A stretch of DNA of 64,000 nt from a virus (taxonomy: Duplodnaviria; Caudoviricetes). Position numbers and translations under genes: made by a program. The notes below the pieces were generated by a model, which worked only from the letters and a program-made list of their open reading frames with translations, had not been told where the DNA came from and searched no databases. Where the stretch lies: the IMG/VR virus record IMGVR_UViG_3300048536_000072, positions 890 through 64,889 of that record; one strand, given 5' to 3'. How positions within the stretch are numbered: position 1 is the stretch's first letter; each line of letters starts with the position of its first letter. Positions 27,832 through 37,567 of this stretch are shown here, piece after piece.

Positions 27832-28804
27832 TAGCGACCTCGGTGTTGAACATGTCTTCCCATCCCCATTCACCTTCCATTCCATTTACGGAATATTCGG
27901 TAACTCTTTTCTCAAAGAAGTTATCATGTGATGCACCGTTCAATACCCAGTCTAACCATGGCAGTGGATTGTCCTTTGCCTTGAATTTAGGTTTCATACC
28001 AAGTTGTAGAAGTCTACGATCTGCAATGTGACGGATGTATTGTTTTACATCTGCTTCTGTCAGACCTTCGATTTCTCCAGACTTATATGCAAGTTTGATG
28101 AATCGATCTTCTAACTTAACAGCATTCTTTGCCATCTCGTAGATCTTTGATTTCAACTCATCATTTACGATACGTGGATGTTCTTCACAGAACTCACGAA
28201 ATAGTTTTGCATTACCCTGTACGTGCATAGTCTCGTCACGTATAGACCACTCAACAATTGTACCCATACCTTTCATCTTACCGAAACGTTGGAAGTTAAG
28301 TAACATCACGAATGATGCAAATAAAGACATACCTTCATTAAATACAGATTGTGCCAGTACAAGTGCAAGACCAGTATGCGAGTTGATATCTCCCTCTTTC
28401 ATAAAGTCAATCTTGTCTGCCATTTCTTTGTACTCAAGGAAGGCATGATGTTCTTCATCTGGTAAACCAAGTGTATCATTCAATAGTGCGTATGCACGTT
28501 GGTGTACACCTTCACGGTTTGCAAATGAAGATAACATGTTACGGATCTCATTGTTCTTGAACTTTGGAATCAGTAACTCGTGATAGTTCTCACCCACCTG
28601 TACATCTGACTGTGTAAACAATCGTAGTACTTGGGTGATAAATTCTTTTTCTTGTTCAGAGAGTTTTGTTCTCCAGTCTTGGATATCTTCAGAGAGTTCA
28701 GCCTCATCTTCTACCCAGTGAATCTCTTCATGTTTCTTAGTCAGTTCTACTGCCCAAGGAAACTTGAATGGTTTGTATGTTTTTGAAAATTCTAGTAATG
28801 CCAT
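27824..28804 (-). CDS. nrdB: ribonucleotide reductase class Ia beta subunit
   Basis: EGVHQRAY, EGMSLFASF, RDETMH di-iron motifs; NFFE tail. Confidence 0.95.
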   Translation of the reverse strand: MALLEFSKTYKPFKFPWAVELTKKHEEIHWVEDEAELSEDIQDWRTKLSEQEKEFITQVLRLFTQSDVQVGENYHELLIPKFKNNEIRNMLSSFANREGVHQRAYALLNDTLGLPDEEHHAFLEYKEMADKIDFMKEGDINSHTGLALVLAQSVFNEGMSLFASFVMLLNFQRFGKMKGMGTIVEWSIRDETMHVQGNAKLFREFCEEHPRIVNDELKSKIYEMAKNAVKLEDRFIKLAYKSGEIEGLTEADVKQYIRHIADRRLLQLGMKPKFKAKDNPLPWLDWVLNGASHDNFFEKRVTEYSVNGMEGEWGWEDMFNTEVANA

Positions 28805-29551
28805 TTATTCCTCTAATATTGTCTTGATGTACGGCTCAAGTTTGTTTGCTATTAATATGTTTGCTTCGTCTGTTGGATGCCAACAATCGGTAACGAAACG
28901 TTTATTTCTCGTTGACTCATTACCGAGCATTTGTCTCCACTCTTGGGGAATTGGTTTCTTTGATTTAATCAACCACGTCCCAGATATAATATCGAATAAC
29001 GTATTCCAGTGATTACTAGGTTCTATGTAATCTGGATCATCTTCACGTATCCAACCCCTAAATTGTGTATCAAAAAAGTTGTCAATAAGTCCTTGATGAT
29101 CAATACTGTTAGTCATCCGTAAGGGTATATTTTTCTCTTTACAGAGATTTTTTACTGTATGGTAAGAACTCATACTTAGTAGTCGTGCATACTGTGGATC
29201 ATGCATTGTATCAAATGGATCAGGACTATCGGGATAGTGCCTCAACCATAATGGGTATTCCCAACCCTTAAATCGATGGTTCTCACAATTAGGATCTCTA
29301 ACTGTCATTCTTACCATGTCACTCCACACAACTAAGAATGCATCATTAGATGTATCTTTCTCTTCAGTCCATCGAACAACATCATCCATTATAGCAAGAT
29401 TGGAGTGACCTGCTCGGCCGATAAGAACCGTCTCGCAACCTAGACTTTCACCTAGTACCTTACCAAACGGCATCTCAGACAATGTACTATTGCCTGGCTT
29501 ACCTCTCCAACCTTGTACATAACTATCACCAAAGATTACTAACCTTCGCAC
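28805..29551 (-). CDS. SGNH/GDSL-like hypothetical protein
   Basis: FGDSY block I and DCWHP C-terminal motif. Confidence 0.6.
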   Translation of the reverse strand: MRRLVIFGDSYVQGWRGKPGNSTLSEMPFGKVLGESLGCETVLIGRAGHSNLAIMDDVVRWTEEKDTSNDAFLVVWSDMVRMTVRDPNCENHRFKGWEYPLWLRHYPDSPDPFDTMHDPQYARLLSMSSYHTVKNLCKEKNIPLRMTNSIDHQGLIDNFFDTQFRGWIREDDPDYIEPSNHWNTLFDIISGTWLIKSKKPIPQEWRQMLGNESTRNKRFVTDCWHPTDEANILIANKLEPYIKTILEE

Positions 29552-31530
29552 GCTCTACACTCGTCATCTTCATCGTTGTCGATAACGGTCTTGTTAAAGT
29601 ATGCTTGTAGTTCTTCCCAACCACCGACATATTTCCCTTCAATATATATCTGTGGAACGGTTTTAACTTTACGACCAGTAACTTCAGCAGCTGTCTTACC
29701 TATGTCCGCAAGATCAATATAATCATATTGGACACCACGTAATTTTAACTCATCTTTTGCCATTTGGCAATAGGGACAATTCTTTTTACCGTAAACAATT
29801 GTACGTGAATCTTCTGCAAGTGCAACACGTTCCACTTTGTCAGATACATTCTCTGCACGTTGTTTTGCTTCGGTACGTAAATAGTAAAGACCTTTCAGTC
29901 CCTTGTCCCATGCACTATAATGCACTCTACTTACGTAAGACTTCTCTGCACCAGCAGGGAAGAATAGGTTAACACTCTGACCTTGACAGATGAATGGTTG
30001 ACGTTCAGATGCGTGAGTTACAACCCACATCTGATCCAACTCTTGGGCAGTCTTGAAGATTGCCTTCTCACCCTCAGTCAAGAATGGTAAGTGTTGTACA
30101 GAACCTTTGTTAGTAATGATTGAAGTCCAGTTCGATTCATTGTTCTCACCTTTCTCATTAAGTAACTTGGTTAAGTACTTGTTCTTAACTAGAAACGATC
30201 CCGCTCTAGTTCTGTGTGTATATGCGTTCGCCTTCAACGGTTCAATAGATGGACTCGTTGATAGGATTACTCCACTGGAGGCGTTCGGTGCAATTGCCAT
30301 AAGGTGTGAATTTCTTTTGCCTGATCCTTCACCGTCTGGATATTCTCCTCGTTCTTGTGCGAGTCGTTCTGTCTCTTCGTGTGCTCGAGAGTTGATTGTT
30401 TCGAATACAACTTTATTGATCTCTCGTGCGGACTCTGATTCCCATGCGACACCATGCTTCTGGAGTAGAGAATGGAATCCCATTGCTCCGAGACCGATCG
30501 AACGTTCTCGTGCGGCTGAGTATTTTGCTCTTTCAATCGTGTCTGGAGCGTTGTCGATAAAATACTCAAGGACATTATCAAGCATACGAACAAGATCTTG
30601 TACAATAGTGGTGTCTTTCCACTCATCATAATACTCCAGATTTAAAGAAGACAAACAACAAACCGCTGTACGTTCTGCATCGGTAGGTAGGTGAATCTCG
30701 TTACATAGATTGCTACCGTGAATCTTTAGTCCTTTGTCCTTTAGTGGTTGTGGTAGATCTGCGTTTGCAGTATCAATAAAGTTTAGATATGGTTCACCTG
30801 TACGGAATCGTGTCTCTAGGATACGTTCCCATAGTTTACGAGCATCAATAGTTTCTTTTACTGCGTTGTCCTTTGGATCACGTAAATCAAAGGATGTACC
30901 TTGTTTAACCGCTTCCATAAACTCGTCACTGATATTAAGTGCGTTATGTAGGTTCAATGCTTTACGTTGTACGTCACCTGTAGGTATACGCATGTTCAGA
31001 AATTCGATAACGTCTGGATGACTCACATCCATATAGGCCGCATATGAACCTTTACGTGTTTTACCTTGACGATATGCAATCATGTCCGCATCAACGGTGT
31101 GTAAGAATGGCATTGGGCCAGGCGCAATATCACTTACGGTACGCACATCACTCCAGTGTCCTCCGACACCACCACCATATACAGATAACCATCTCAACTC
31201 AGAAGAATGACCAATCAAACCTTCCAGTGTGTCAGGTACATAAGTTAAGAAACAACTGATAGGCATTCCTTTACTTTTTGTATTCTGACCATTAGGTGCA
31301 TTAGACAATACAGGGGATGCAAACATAAACCATTTCTTACTCACATAGTCATACAGACGTTGTGCGAGTTCTGGATCTAGTTCTCCCTTGTATTTCGACC
31401 ATGCTGTGGCCGCTCTTGCATATGCTTGTTGTGGTGAATCTTCATGATCTGTTAAGTAGAAATCTTTCAACATACCTACTGCGTATGAGGCGAGTAGGTC
31501 ATCCATAGATTTATTAATTTTTACTTTCAT
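29539..31530 (-). CDS. nrdA: ribonucleotide reductase class Ia alpha subunit with fused glutaredoxin
   Basis: ISCF, SNLCNEI, APNAS, KGLYY; CPYC...TVPQI Grx domain; terminal CRACEG. Confidence 0.95.
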   Translation of the reverse strand: MKVKINKSMDDLLASYAVGMLKDFYLTDHEDSPQQAYARAATAWSKYKGELDPELAQRLYDYVSKKWFMFASPVLSNAPNGQNTKSKGMPISCFLTYVPDTLEGLIGHSSELRWLSVYGGGVGGHWSDVRTVSDIAPGPMPFLHTVDADMIAYRQGKTRKGSYAAYMDVSHPDVIEFLNMRIPTGDVQRKALNLHNALNISDEFMEAVKQGTSFDLRDPKDNAVKETIDARKLWERILETRFRTGEPYLNFIDTANADLPQPLKDKGLKIHGSNLCNEIHLPTDAERTAVCCLSSLNLEYYDEWKDTTIVQDLVRMLDNVLEYFIDNAPDTIERAKYSAARERSIGLGAMGFHSLLQKHGVAWESESAREINKVVFETINSRAHEETERLAQERGEYPDGEGSGKRNSHLMAIAPNASSGVILSTSPSIEPLKANAYTHRTRAGSFLVKNKYLTKLLNEKGENNESNWTSIITNKGSVQHLPFLTEGEKAIFKTAQELDQMWVVTHASERQPFICQGQSVNLFFPAGAEKSYVSRVHYSAWDKGLKGLYYLRTEAKQRAENVSDKVERVALAEDSRTIVYGKKNCPYCQMAKDELKLRGVQYDYIDLADIGKTAAEVTGRKVKTVPQIYIEGKYVGGWEELQAYFNKTVIDNDEDDECRACEG

Positions 31531-31544
31531 TATTGTTTTTCCGT

Positions 31545-31904
31545 TTAACGATTTCCATAGTCGAAGATAGGCGCTTCTTCATTGAAGTCCACTTTCTCTA
31601 TGAGTAGTTGTTTACCTGTTTCTTGAAATTCCCGAAGGGCCTTAACCATGTAGGTCATCTGGTCTTCTTCTTCAAAAATACCTTCCCACAACATGTGGTT
31701 CGTCAAAGATTGATCGTAGTTCTCTACAATAAATCTATGGGGGTGAAGGTATTTATCATCGCAACCATCTACAGGGATATAAAATAACCGACTGGTTTTC
31801 CCTGCTTGGTCGTAATCATCTTGCATCTTTCGAATCCACGCAGTGTCTTCACCTTCCTTGATGAAAAACACGGCGTCACCGTAGTCTATGAATTCTTTGC
31901 TCAA
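31545..31904 (-). CDS. hypothetical protein
   Basis: 119 aa, TTG start with AAGGA SD. Confidence 0.65.
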   Translation of the reverse strand: MSKEFIDYGDAVFFIKEGEDTAWIRKMQDDYDQAGKTSRLFYIPVDGCDDKYLHPHRFIVENYDQSLTNHMLWEGIFEEEDQMTYMVKALREFQETGKQLLIEKVDFNEEAPIFDYGNR

Positions 31905-31940
31905 TGTTATTCCTTTCTGTGTTAGTTTTAATTAGGGGGT

Positions 31941-31969
31941 ATTATATCACTTTGAACGTGATTTGTCAA
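31941..31969 (-). promoter_or_regulatory. sigma70-type promoter for nrd operon
   Basis: TTGACA-17nt-TATAAT with extended TG. Confidence 0.75.
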
Positions 31970-32408
31970 TAGCCCTAGAACCAAACCAGAAAGAAATTAT
32001 AGCTGCGAAGATCGCCTTAGTGTCATCATCCCAAAGGACATTCAAGGCGGCAGATAATTCTACACCTTGTTCAAGTGCATCTACTAGAAGAGAGACTTCT
32101 ATAGCTGCAAATAGTCCAAAGAAACAATATGTGATTACAGGACGGACTGACTTCTGGAGTCCTGCCACGAATCCTGTTGATTGTGCGATTGCGATATCAT
32201 GATCGATCAATCGTTGATGTTCGTTATCAGATGCTTGTTGTTCATACATCTTAACATCTTGGTCGAAACCCATCTTGCGGAGTTCCGCCATATGAGTCAT
32301 CTGTTCTAATTTAAATTTGTTGTCTGCCTTCGTTTTGAAGTGATCTGTGATCGCTGGAACGACCGAACCACCAAAACCTAAAAGACTTCCTAATAATCCA
32401 CTTACCAT
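31947..32408 (-). CDS. putative holin (3-TM, GTA-holin-like)
   Basis: SVRPVITY and FWFGSR motifs with hydrophobic segments. Confidence 0.7.
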   Translation of the reverse strand: MVSGLLGSLLGFGGSVVPAITDHFKTKADNKFKLEQMTHMAELRKMGFDQDVKMYEQQASDNEHQRLIDHDIAIAQSTGFVAGLQKSVRPVITYCFFGLFAAIEVSLLVDALEQGVELSAALNVLWDDDTKAIFAAIISFWFGSRAIDKSRSK

Positions 32409-32416
32409 TTTTTACC

Positions 32417-32581
32417 TCACTTATTTGTTATTCGTTTTAATACCTTCTCGATGTCTTTACGTTTTTTCTTGCGGTCATATTTCTTACGCATGACCACCGT
32501 AGAAGAATCATCTCCTGCTCCGACTACAGAGCCTGTAGTTGTACCACCGAGTTCTTCTATAAAATCTTTAAAGTTCTTCAT
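32417..32581 (-). CDS. small basic protein with capsid-targeting-like N-terminus
   Basis: 54-aa ORF not in track: MKNFKDFIEELGGTTTG...; GAGGAG SD. Confidence 0.65.
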   Translation of the reverse strand: MKNFKDFIEELGGTTTGSVVGAGDDSSTVVMRKKYDRKKKRKDIEKVLKRITNK

Positions 32582-32585
32582 ATAC

Positions 32586-33224
32586 TTATAACTCCTCTTT
32601 TTCCAATAAAGAGACGTTGACCTCTTTTACCACATAGTTCCCAGTATATTTGTCAAACCAAGCACGATTGTACATTATATTCTTGTACCATCTATACCCA
32701 AAATCTTCTTGATTTAAATAAAACTTGATACCGTTGTATACGTCTAGATTTTCTGTGTTATCCACAAAGATATATTTTGGATTAGAACGTACCGCCATTG
32801 CGATATCATCCTTTACGTCTTCAAGTTCTTCTGAACCATTAAGAATAACCAGATCATATTTACCATACTCAGTAATATCTGATTGTAAGTTATATTCTTT
32901 ACTGTTGACTATCTCGTATGCGAACTGCTCACCGAACCAACCGTTCATGAGTCTCATGTTTTTTAATGCACCTTCGTCATCATCAATTGCTTTATATCGG
33001 ATACCACGATCTTGCCACAACATATGTAATGCAGTCATACCACTACCAAAACCAACTTCTAATACACGGTTACAATCTGTTGTTAGGAACAGTTGATCGA
33101 ACATATCAATCGTTTTATTGTCGAATGCAGTATGATAGTATGTTGGATTGTCAGCAGTTAACTTATTGTGATATGATATGGCAGTATCCATATCGAGTTG
33201 TTTTTCGTTGTTGTTATGACTCAC
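32586..33224 (-). CDS. class I SAM-dependent methyltransferase-like protein
   Basis: VLEVGFGSG motif I; YDLVILNG. Confidence 0.7.
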   Translation of the reverse strand: MSHNNNEKQLDMDTAISYHNKLTADNPTYYHTAFDNKTIDMFDQLFLTTDCNRVLEVGFGSGMTALHMLWQDRGIRYKAIDDDEGALKNMRLMNGWFGEQFAYEIVNSKEYNLQSDITEYGKYDLVILNGSEELEDVKDDIAMAVRSNPKYIFVDNTENLDVYNGIKFYLNQEDFGYRWYKNIMYNRAWFDKYTGNYVVKEVNVSLLEKEEL

Positions 33225-33811
33225 TTTATGTCCCCTGTCGTTATGAGTACATTCTGACCAGACCTTATGTGGAGTGCCTCATATATATTTAAACCAAGAA
33301 TTTCCATAACTGGTGTACCATCGTTTACACGTATCCTATCGTCTTTACCTACAATCTCTAGACATTCTGTAGTCATACAATCGTGTTTCATTCGATAGAC
33401 ACCTTCGCCCAGTTTGTTACCCTCTACTATAAACCATTGAGAATCTTCTGCGAGAACATCTAAAATATCGATACCTGTCTTATCATGTATCTTCATGATT
33501 TGGTGATCACTTAGTTCACCGTGTTCTTTGATCAATGCGAGTGCAGCTCCATAACGTGCAACGACTGACTGACCGCCAGGCACTTTCGCCATGATTCTTT
33601 TTAAATTGAAAACAAGTCTATGAAACGCTGTGTAGTGTGATCGGTATGCTTCACGATCGTCCATACTATTAGTATTGAAGTCTTTATTCTTCTTACCGTC
33701 TTTATCGATGATACCTGCTTTGAACGCATCTGTATCTTCGAACTTAGTTACTAATAGTTTCAGAAATCTAATTGTATAGACTAGATCCGCTGCTGATTTT
33801 AAAATTCCCAT
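33221..33811 (-). CDS. conserved T4-like marine phage late protein
   Basis: DLVYTIRFLKLL...GIID..G...FHRLVFNLKR...AALALIKE; late promoter at 33840-33847. Confidence 0.75.
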   Translation of the reverse strand: MGILKSAADLVYTIRFLKLLVTKFEDTDAFKAGIIDKDGKKNKDFNTNSMDDREAYRSHYTAFHRLVFNLKRIMAKVPGGQSVVARYGAALALIKEHGELSDHQIMKIHDKTGIDILDVLAEDSQWFIVEGNKLGEGVYRMKHDCMTTECLEIVGKDDRIRVNDGTPVMEILGLNIYEALHIRSGQNVLITTGDIK

Positions 33812-33842
33812 GTTAGTCTTTTCTCAAAAGGTTTATCTTTAT

Positions 33843-34223
33843 TTATAATCGGGCGATCTCACGTAAGACGTTTATCGCAACTTTATCCATTTTAATCCCA
33901 GTAAACTCGTCATTCTTCAATGCACGTAGATAGATTAGGAATGGTTTTAAGGTGGGCCAATGTTCTAATTGAATCTTCATTGCCAACATCTCAACACAAG
34001 GTTCGTTACCGAACACATTTAACAGAACAATCAGATGATTGAGTATCAGTCTTTCTGACAGATCTCCGCCTGCGTAGTATCTATTAAGTAATCGTTTGAT
34101 ATACTTGAATCGTTTTAGATCTTCTTGGAATTCATCTTCGTCAATGCATTTGGGGTTCTGATAATTCTTGGCCGCAAATAACATAAAGTTCTTTGGTGTT
34201 AATTTAATTTCAGTGTTATTCAT
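33843..34223 (-). CDS. conserved T4-like phage protein
   Basis: EFQEDLKRFKYIKRLL, LILNHLI motifs; start re-called at MNNTE. Confidence 0.75.
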   Translation of the reverse strand: MNNTEIKLTPKNFMLFAAKNYQNPKCIDEDEFQEDLKRFKYIKRLLNRYYAGGDLSERLILNHLIVLLNVFGNEPCVEMLAMKIQLEHWPTLKPFLIYLRALKNDEFTGIKMDKVAINVLREIARL

Positions 34224-35214
34224 AATTTTTAAATTGTAAGTTTTCAGCACTCTTATACCTTTCCACTAGGTTGTGCTTTGTAACCCAGTCCCACAAAGTA
34301 ACTACCCACTCATGACTACTTGAAGAATGTAAATCTTCGGTAAGTCCTTGTTCTTGTCTACTAACTCCCATACTATCGTACATATAGATGTAAGTAGGTT
34401 CGTGTAACTCTGTGTGTCTACCAATATTTATCAAACCATTAACATGGTGTAGTCTCATCTCAAGAAACGCCATTGTATCTTCCCCAATCTTTAATTTATT
34501 GGTAAAGTGTACAAGTTCTGCTGACTTTCTAGAATAGAATACCATACGACTGAATACATCTTTCAGTTCACCGTTAGGTTGTCCCACTCCGTGATTCCAT
34601 ATGAAATGTTCCCATCTACATCTTGATTCTGCCCATCGTTTGAGGGTTTCTGGATCTTCGTTACCGTATTGGTACTCTCGTGGTTTAGGATCTGGCCCAG
34701 TCATCTTCTGAGTCTGCAAGAATCTTAGATAGTTAGAATTATCCACTGGAGTATACAGTTCTCTTCGTGCGGTGTTCTTTCGTACCCAACCACATGACCT
34801 TGCCCACTCTGCAACCTTTGTCTTACCAGTTGTCCTACTCTGAGAAAAAGTTTTTGCATATCTTTGCCATTGGTAATGTAGTACAAGAAGATCTGGTGGA
34901 GTATCTAGGTCAGCAATACTTTTGTAGTATTCATATCCGAACTTGGTTATTTCATCATCTCCGTCAACTTGTACCATGTACTCTTCATCTGTTTCTAGGA
35001 ACTTCTTCATGACAGAGTTTTTCCCAGTACCAGCAGTACCGTCTGATTCGGTTATGTGATAGGTAATATTGTTTTCTTCACAATATGCGGAGGCAGATCG
35101 AACGTAGTCATCATCGAGGGAATTGATGATGACTACTTGTTCTTCGATTGGAATTGTCTCTTTGTGACGTACCAGAGACGACAGATCCGTAGACGTGAGT
35201 ATGTAAAATTTCAT
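34216..35214 (-). CDS. hypothetical protein, GT-A-like
   Basis: GTAGTGKNS and QVDGDD (DxD-like), GED motif. Confidence 0.5.
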   Translation of the reverse strand: MKFYILTSTDLSSLVRHKETIPIEEQVVIINSLDDDYVRSASAYCEENNITYHITESDGTAGTGKNSVMKKFLETDEEYMVQVDGDDEITKFGYEYYKSIADLDTPPDLLVLHYQWQRYAKTFSQSRTTGKTKVAEWARSCGWVRKNTARRELYTPVDNSNYLRFLQTQKMTGPDPKPREYQYGNEDPETLKRWAESRCRWEHFIWNHGVGQPNGELKDVFSRMVFYSRKSAELVHFTNKLKIGEDTMAFLEMRLHHVNGLINIGRHTELHEPTYIYMYDSMGVSRQEQGLTEDLHSSSSHEWVVTLWDWVTKHNLVERYKSAENLQFKNYE

Positions 35215-35234
35215 ACTACTATCTAGGGTAAAAC

Positions 35235-35678
35235 TTAACTAAGATATTCGTTTAATTGAGCGATCAGTTTATCTTTAGTTAATCTACGATCTAGTTCGAG
35301 TCCGTGTTGACGACCTAATTGTTCTAGTCGTATTTTACTCATCTTACTAAGATCGAGAACTTCTTCTACTTGATCAACTAGTGTTTCTTTACTACGTCTT
35401 CGATCAAGTTCTACACCGTGTGTTCGTCCCAGTGCTTCGAGTTCTACTTTTGTCATCTCATCTAGAGATTTGTTACCCACAGGTGCTTCAGTCAATGATT
35501 GTACGTCAGCGCCAGCTAATCTTGCATTAACTAACATATCTACTTCATCATTGTGATCCTGTAATTGTTCTAGAGAGAAACCTCCAGAAACATACAGCTC
35601 ACCTGTATCGGGATCTTCCCAACCACGTTCGGTCGGGATTGCGTTACTACACCAATTTGGTGGTACTAATTTAGCCAT
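35235..35678 (-). CDS. protein with two HeH/Rho-N-like repeats
   Basis: Tandem repeats MTKVELEALGRTHGVELDRR / MSKIRLEQLGRQHGLELDRR. Confidence 0.7.
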   Translation of the reverse strand: MAKLVPPNWCSNAIPTERGWEDPDTGELYVSGGFSLEQLQDHNDEVDMLVNARLAGADVQSLTEAPVGNKSLDEMTKVELEALGRTHGVELDRRRSKETLVDQVEEVLDLSKMSKIRLEQLGRQHGLELDRRLTKDKLIAQLNEYLS

Positions 35679-35694
35679 AATATACTCCTAAGTT

Positions 35695-36465
35695 TTATTT
35701 ACGAAGTTGTTCTAGAGTTTTCTGAATTAATTCAGATTGTTCTTTAACTTTAACAGGTGCTTTGTCGCCTTGTGGATTATCGCCTGGACGTTTCTTAGGT
35801 GATGGGCCACCACGACCTGCCGCTGTTACTTTGTCTTTTGCATCTTCAACATTATCTTCGACTTTCTTGTCAGACTTACCTTTGTGTTGATCAGCGAACT
35901 CTTTCTCTTTCTTAGATTGAGTTTCACCGTGTTCTTCACCGTCAGCTTTCTTCTCAAAGATGTTTTCGATTGCGTTCAGTAGATCTTCGGTGGCATTTTC
36001 GAAACCTTCTTTTGCCATTGCCTTAGATACTGCTTTACGTCTCTTGTGTAAGAACTTGTCCGAAGAATCTACATCACCATCGTTGTCGATGTCTTTGTCT
36101 TTACGATCTTTGAACTTCTTCTTAACTGCTTTGGGTTGGACTTTGTCTAAACCTTCACCGTCATCATCCTCATCATTAGAGTTGTCTTCATCGACAGGTG
36201 GTTCTTCCTTCTCGTCATCATCCTTTTTCTTCTTCTTAGGTGGAATGACTTTGTCCTCTTTTTCGTCTCCAGACTCATCGTCCTTCTCTACGTCAACATC
36301 TTTACCAGCAGGAACCGCTTTCTTACCTTTCTCTTCTTCATCATCTGCTTTCTTTTTACCGACAGCAGCTTTCTTTAGAAGTTCAGGATCGATGTCTTCT
36401 TTCTGTGTTTCAGAGACAACCTCAAGATATGCCTCTTTCATTTTTTTAATATCTGAGATATTCAT
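35695..36465 (-). CDS. highly charged low-complexity protein, probable internal head protein
   Basis: K/D/E-rich; EF-hand-like DIDNDGDVDSSD followed by KFLHKRRKAV. Confidence 0.65.
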   Translation of the reverse strand: MNISDIKKMKEAYLEVVSETQKEDIDPELLKKAAVGKKKADDEEEKGKKAVPAGKDVDVEKDDESGDEKEDKVIPPKKKKKDDDEKEEPPVDEDNSNDEDDDGEGLDKVQPKAVKKKFKDRKDKDIDNDGDVDSSDKFLHKRRKAVSKAMAKEGFENATEDLLNAIENIFEKKADGEEHGETQSKKEKEFADQHKGKSDKKVEDNVEDAKDKVTAAGRGGPSPKKRPGDNPQGDKAPVKVKEQSELIQKTLEQLRK

Positions 36466-36473
36466 GTTGTCTC

Positions 36474-36758
36474 CTATTGACTTAACCAGAAGTAGTCAAC
36501 TACAACACCTACTGTTGCGATTGCTACCATGTATACTATTGAGTTAATGATTTGCACTGTACGTGCATTATCGTCTACCTTTTTTTCTATGTCATCTAAC
36601 TTTTGAGAAAATTTATTCATTCGTTCGAAATGATTATGATTATTCTTTTCGATTGCGATTAGTTTCTCCTCCGCACGAGCGAGACTGATCATGGCATCCG
36701 AGAGTTTATCAATCTTCTCTTCAATACGATCTAAACGTTGTTGATTTGTGTCTGCCAT
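36474..36758 (-). CDS. coiled-coil protein with C-terminal TM
   Basis: Heptad pattern plus hydrophobic C-terminus; late promoter at 36799-36806. Confidence 0.7.
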   Translation of the reverse strand: MADTNQQRLDRIEEKIDKLSDAMISLARAEEKLIAIEKNNHNHFERMNKFSQKLDDIEKKVDDNARTVQIINSIVYMVAIATVGVVVDYFWLSQ

Positions 36759-36801
36759 TTACAGTTTTCCCATGTGATAAAAGTCTTTCGACTTATACTA
36801 T

Positions 36802-37089
36802 TTATACTTCTATGATCCTTAAAACTAACGTAGAATCACCTTTAATTATTCTATGGTATTCCATTCTATTAATGGTATAACTATGACCTTCCAGTAAGTC
36901 GAAAGGTTTTTTGTTATCCAGTTGGAGTTCCCATCCATATCCTTCCATGACGATTATTCTTCTAGTCCTTTCATCTCTATGCCATACTAGTTCTGCATCG
37001 TCAACTTTAGGATCAAATGTTCTGATCCTAGATCCATCATGTAATACCATCTCAAGGTATGGTTTACCAGAAGAAACTTCCGCCACCAC
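36802..37089 (-). CDS. cupin-like protein
   Basis: WHRD...EG..W...YHRIIKG cupin-type pattern. Confidence 0.65.
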   Translation of the reverse strand: MVAEVSSGKPYLEMVLHDGSRIRTFDPKVDDAELVWHRDERTRRIIVMEGYGWELQLDNKKPFDLLEGHSYTINRMEYHRIIKGDSTLVLRIIEV

Positions 37090-37567
37090 TTAACCCTAAC
37101 TGTTTCGCATATCGGGGTAAACGACATGCCCAGTATGCAGCTTTTGTTCTGTCATTCTGTTGGTCACACTTGTGACGAGCTGCAAACGATTTACGTGCCT
37201 TGGGATCATTCAACTTTACTTTAAGTCCAGTTGTATCACCCCATGATACTTTCTTTACTTTGTCTCCATCTTTAACATATACGTAGTACTTCTTAGGGCC
37301 ACCACGCATAGGTTTACCGATTGGTTTCTTCTCTTCTTCAAAGATACAATCCAATGCAACATTCTCTCCATCGAATTGTGCAAACTCACCTAGATTAGAT
37401 TCCATGATATCTACTTCAGCGGGATCTATATTTAGGTTTCCGTTATAGTAATCTTCACGACACTGTCTCCAGTATTCGAAGTATGCTTCTGATCCAACAC
37501 GGTAGATATTACTTTCTACTAGGTTGGATTCTGATCCGCAGTTACAGTGGTCGTTAAATGACTTCAT
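37064..37567 (-). CDS. conserved phage protein (DUF6321-like) with capsid-targeting-like N-terminus
   Basis: KKYYVYV...VKKVSWGD...ARKSFAARHKC...YWAC. Confidence 0.65.
   Translation of the reverse strand: MKSFNDHCNCGSESNLVESNIYRVGSEAYFEYWRQCREDYYNGNLNIDPAEVDIMESNLGEFAQFDGENVALDCIFEEEKKPIGKPMRGGPKKYYVYVKDGDKVKKVSWGDTTGLKVKLNDPKARKSFAARHKCDQQNDRTKAAYWACRLPRYAKQLGLSGGGSFFW

Noticed and set aside
30053-31259. Several long ORFs overlapping nrdA (and similar shadows across the window)
   Set aside because: They lie opposite or out of frame within well-supported genes, as expected from codon bias
35960-36547. 195-aa Ser/Phe-rich plus-strand ORF
   Set aside because: Antisense shadow of the K/D/E-rich minus-strand gene; no SD or promoter
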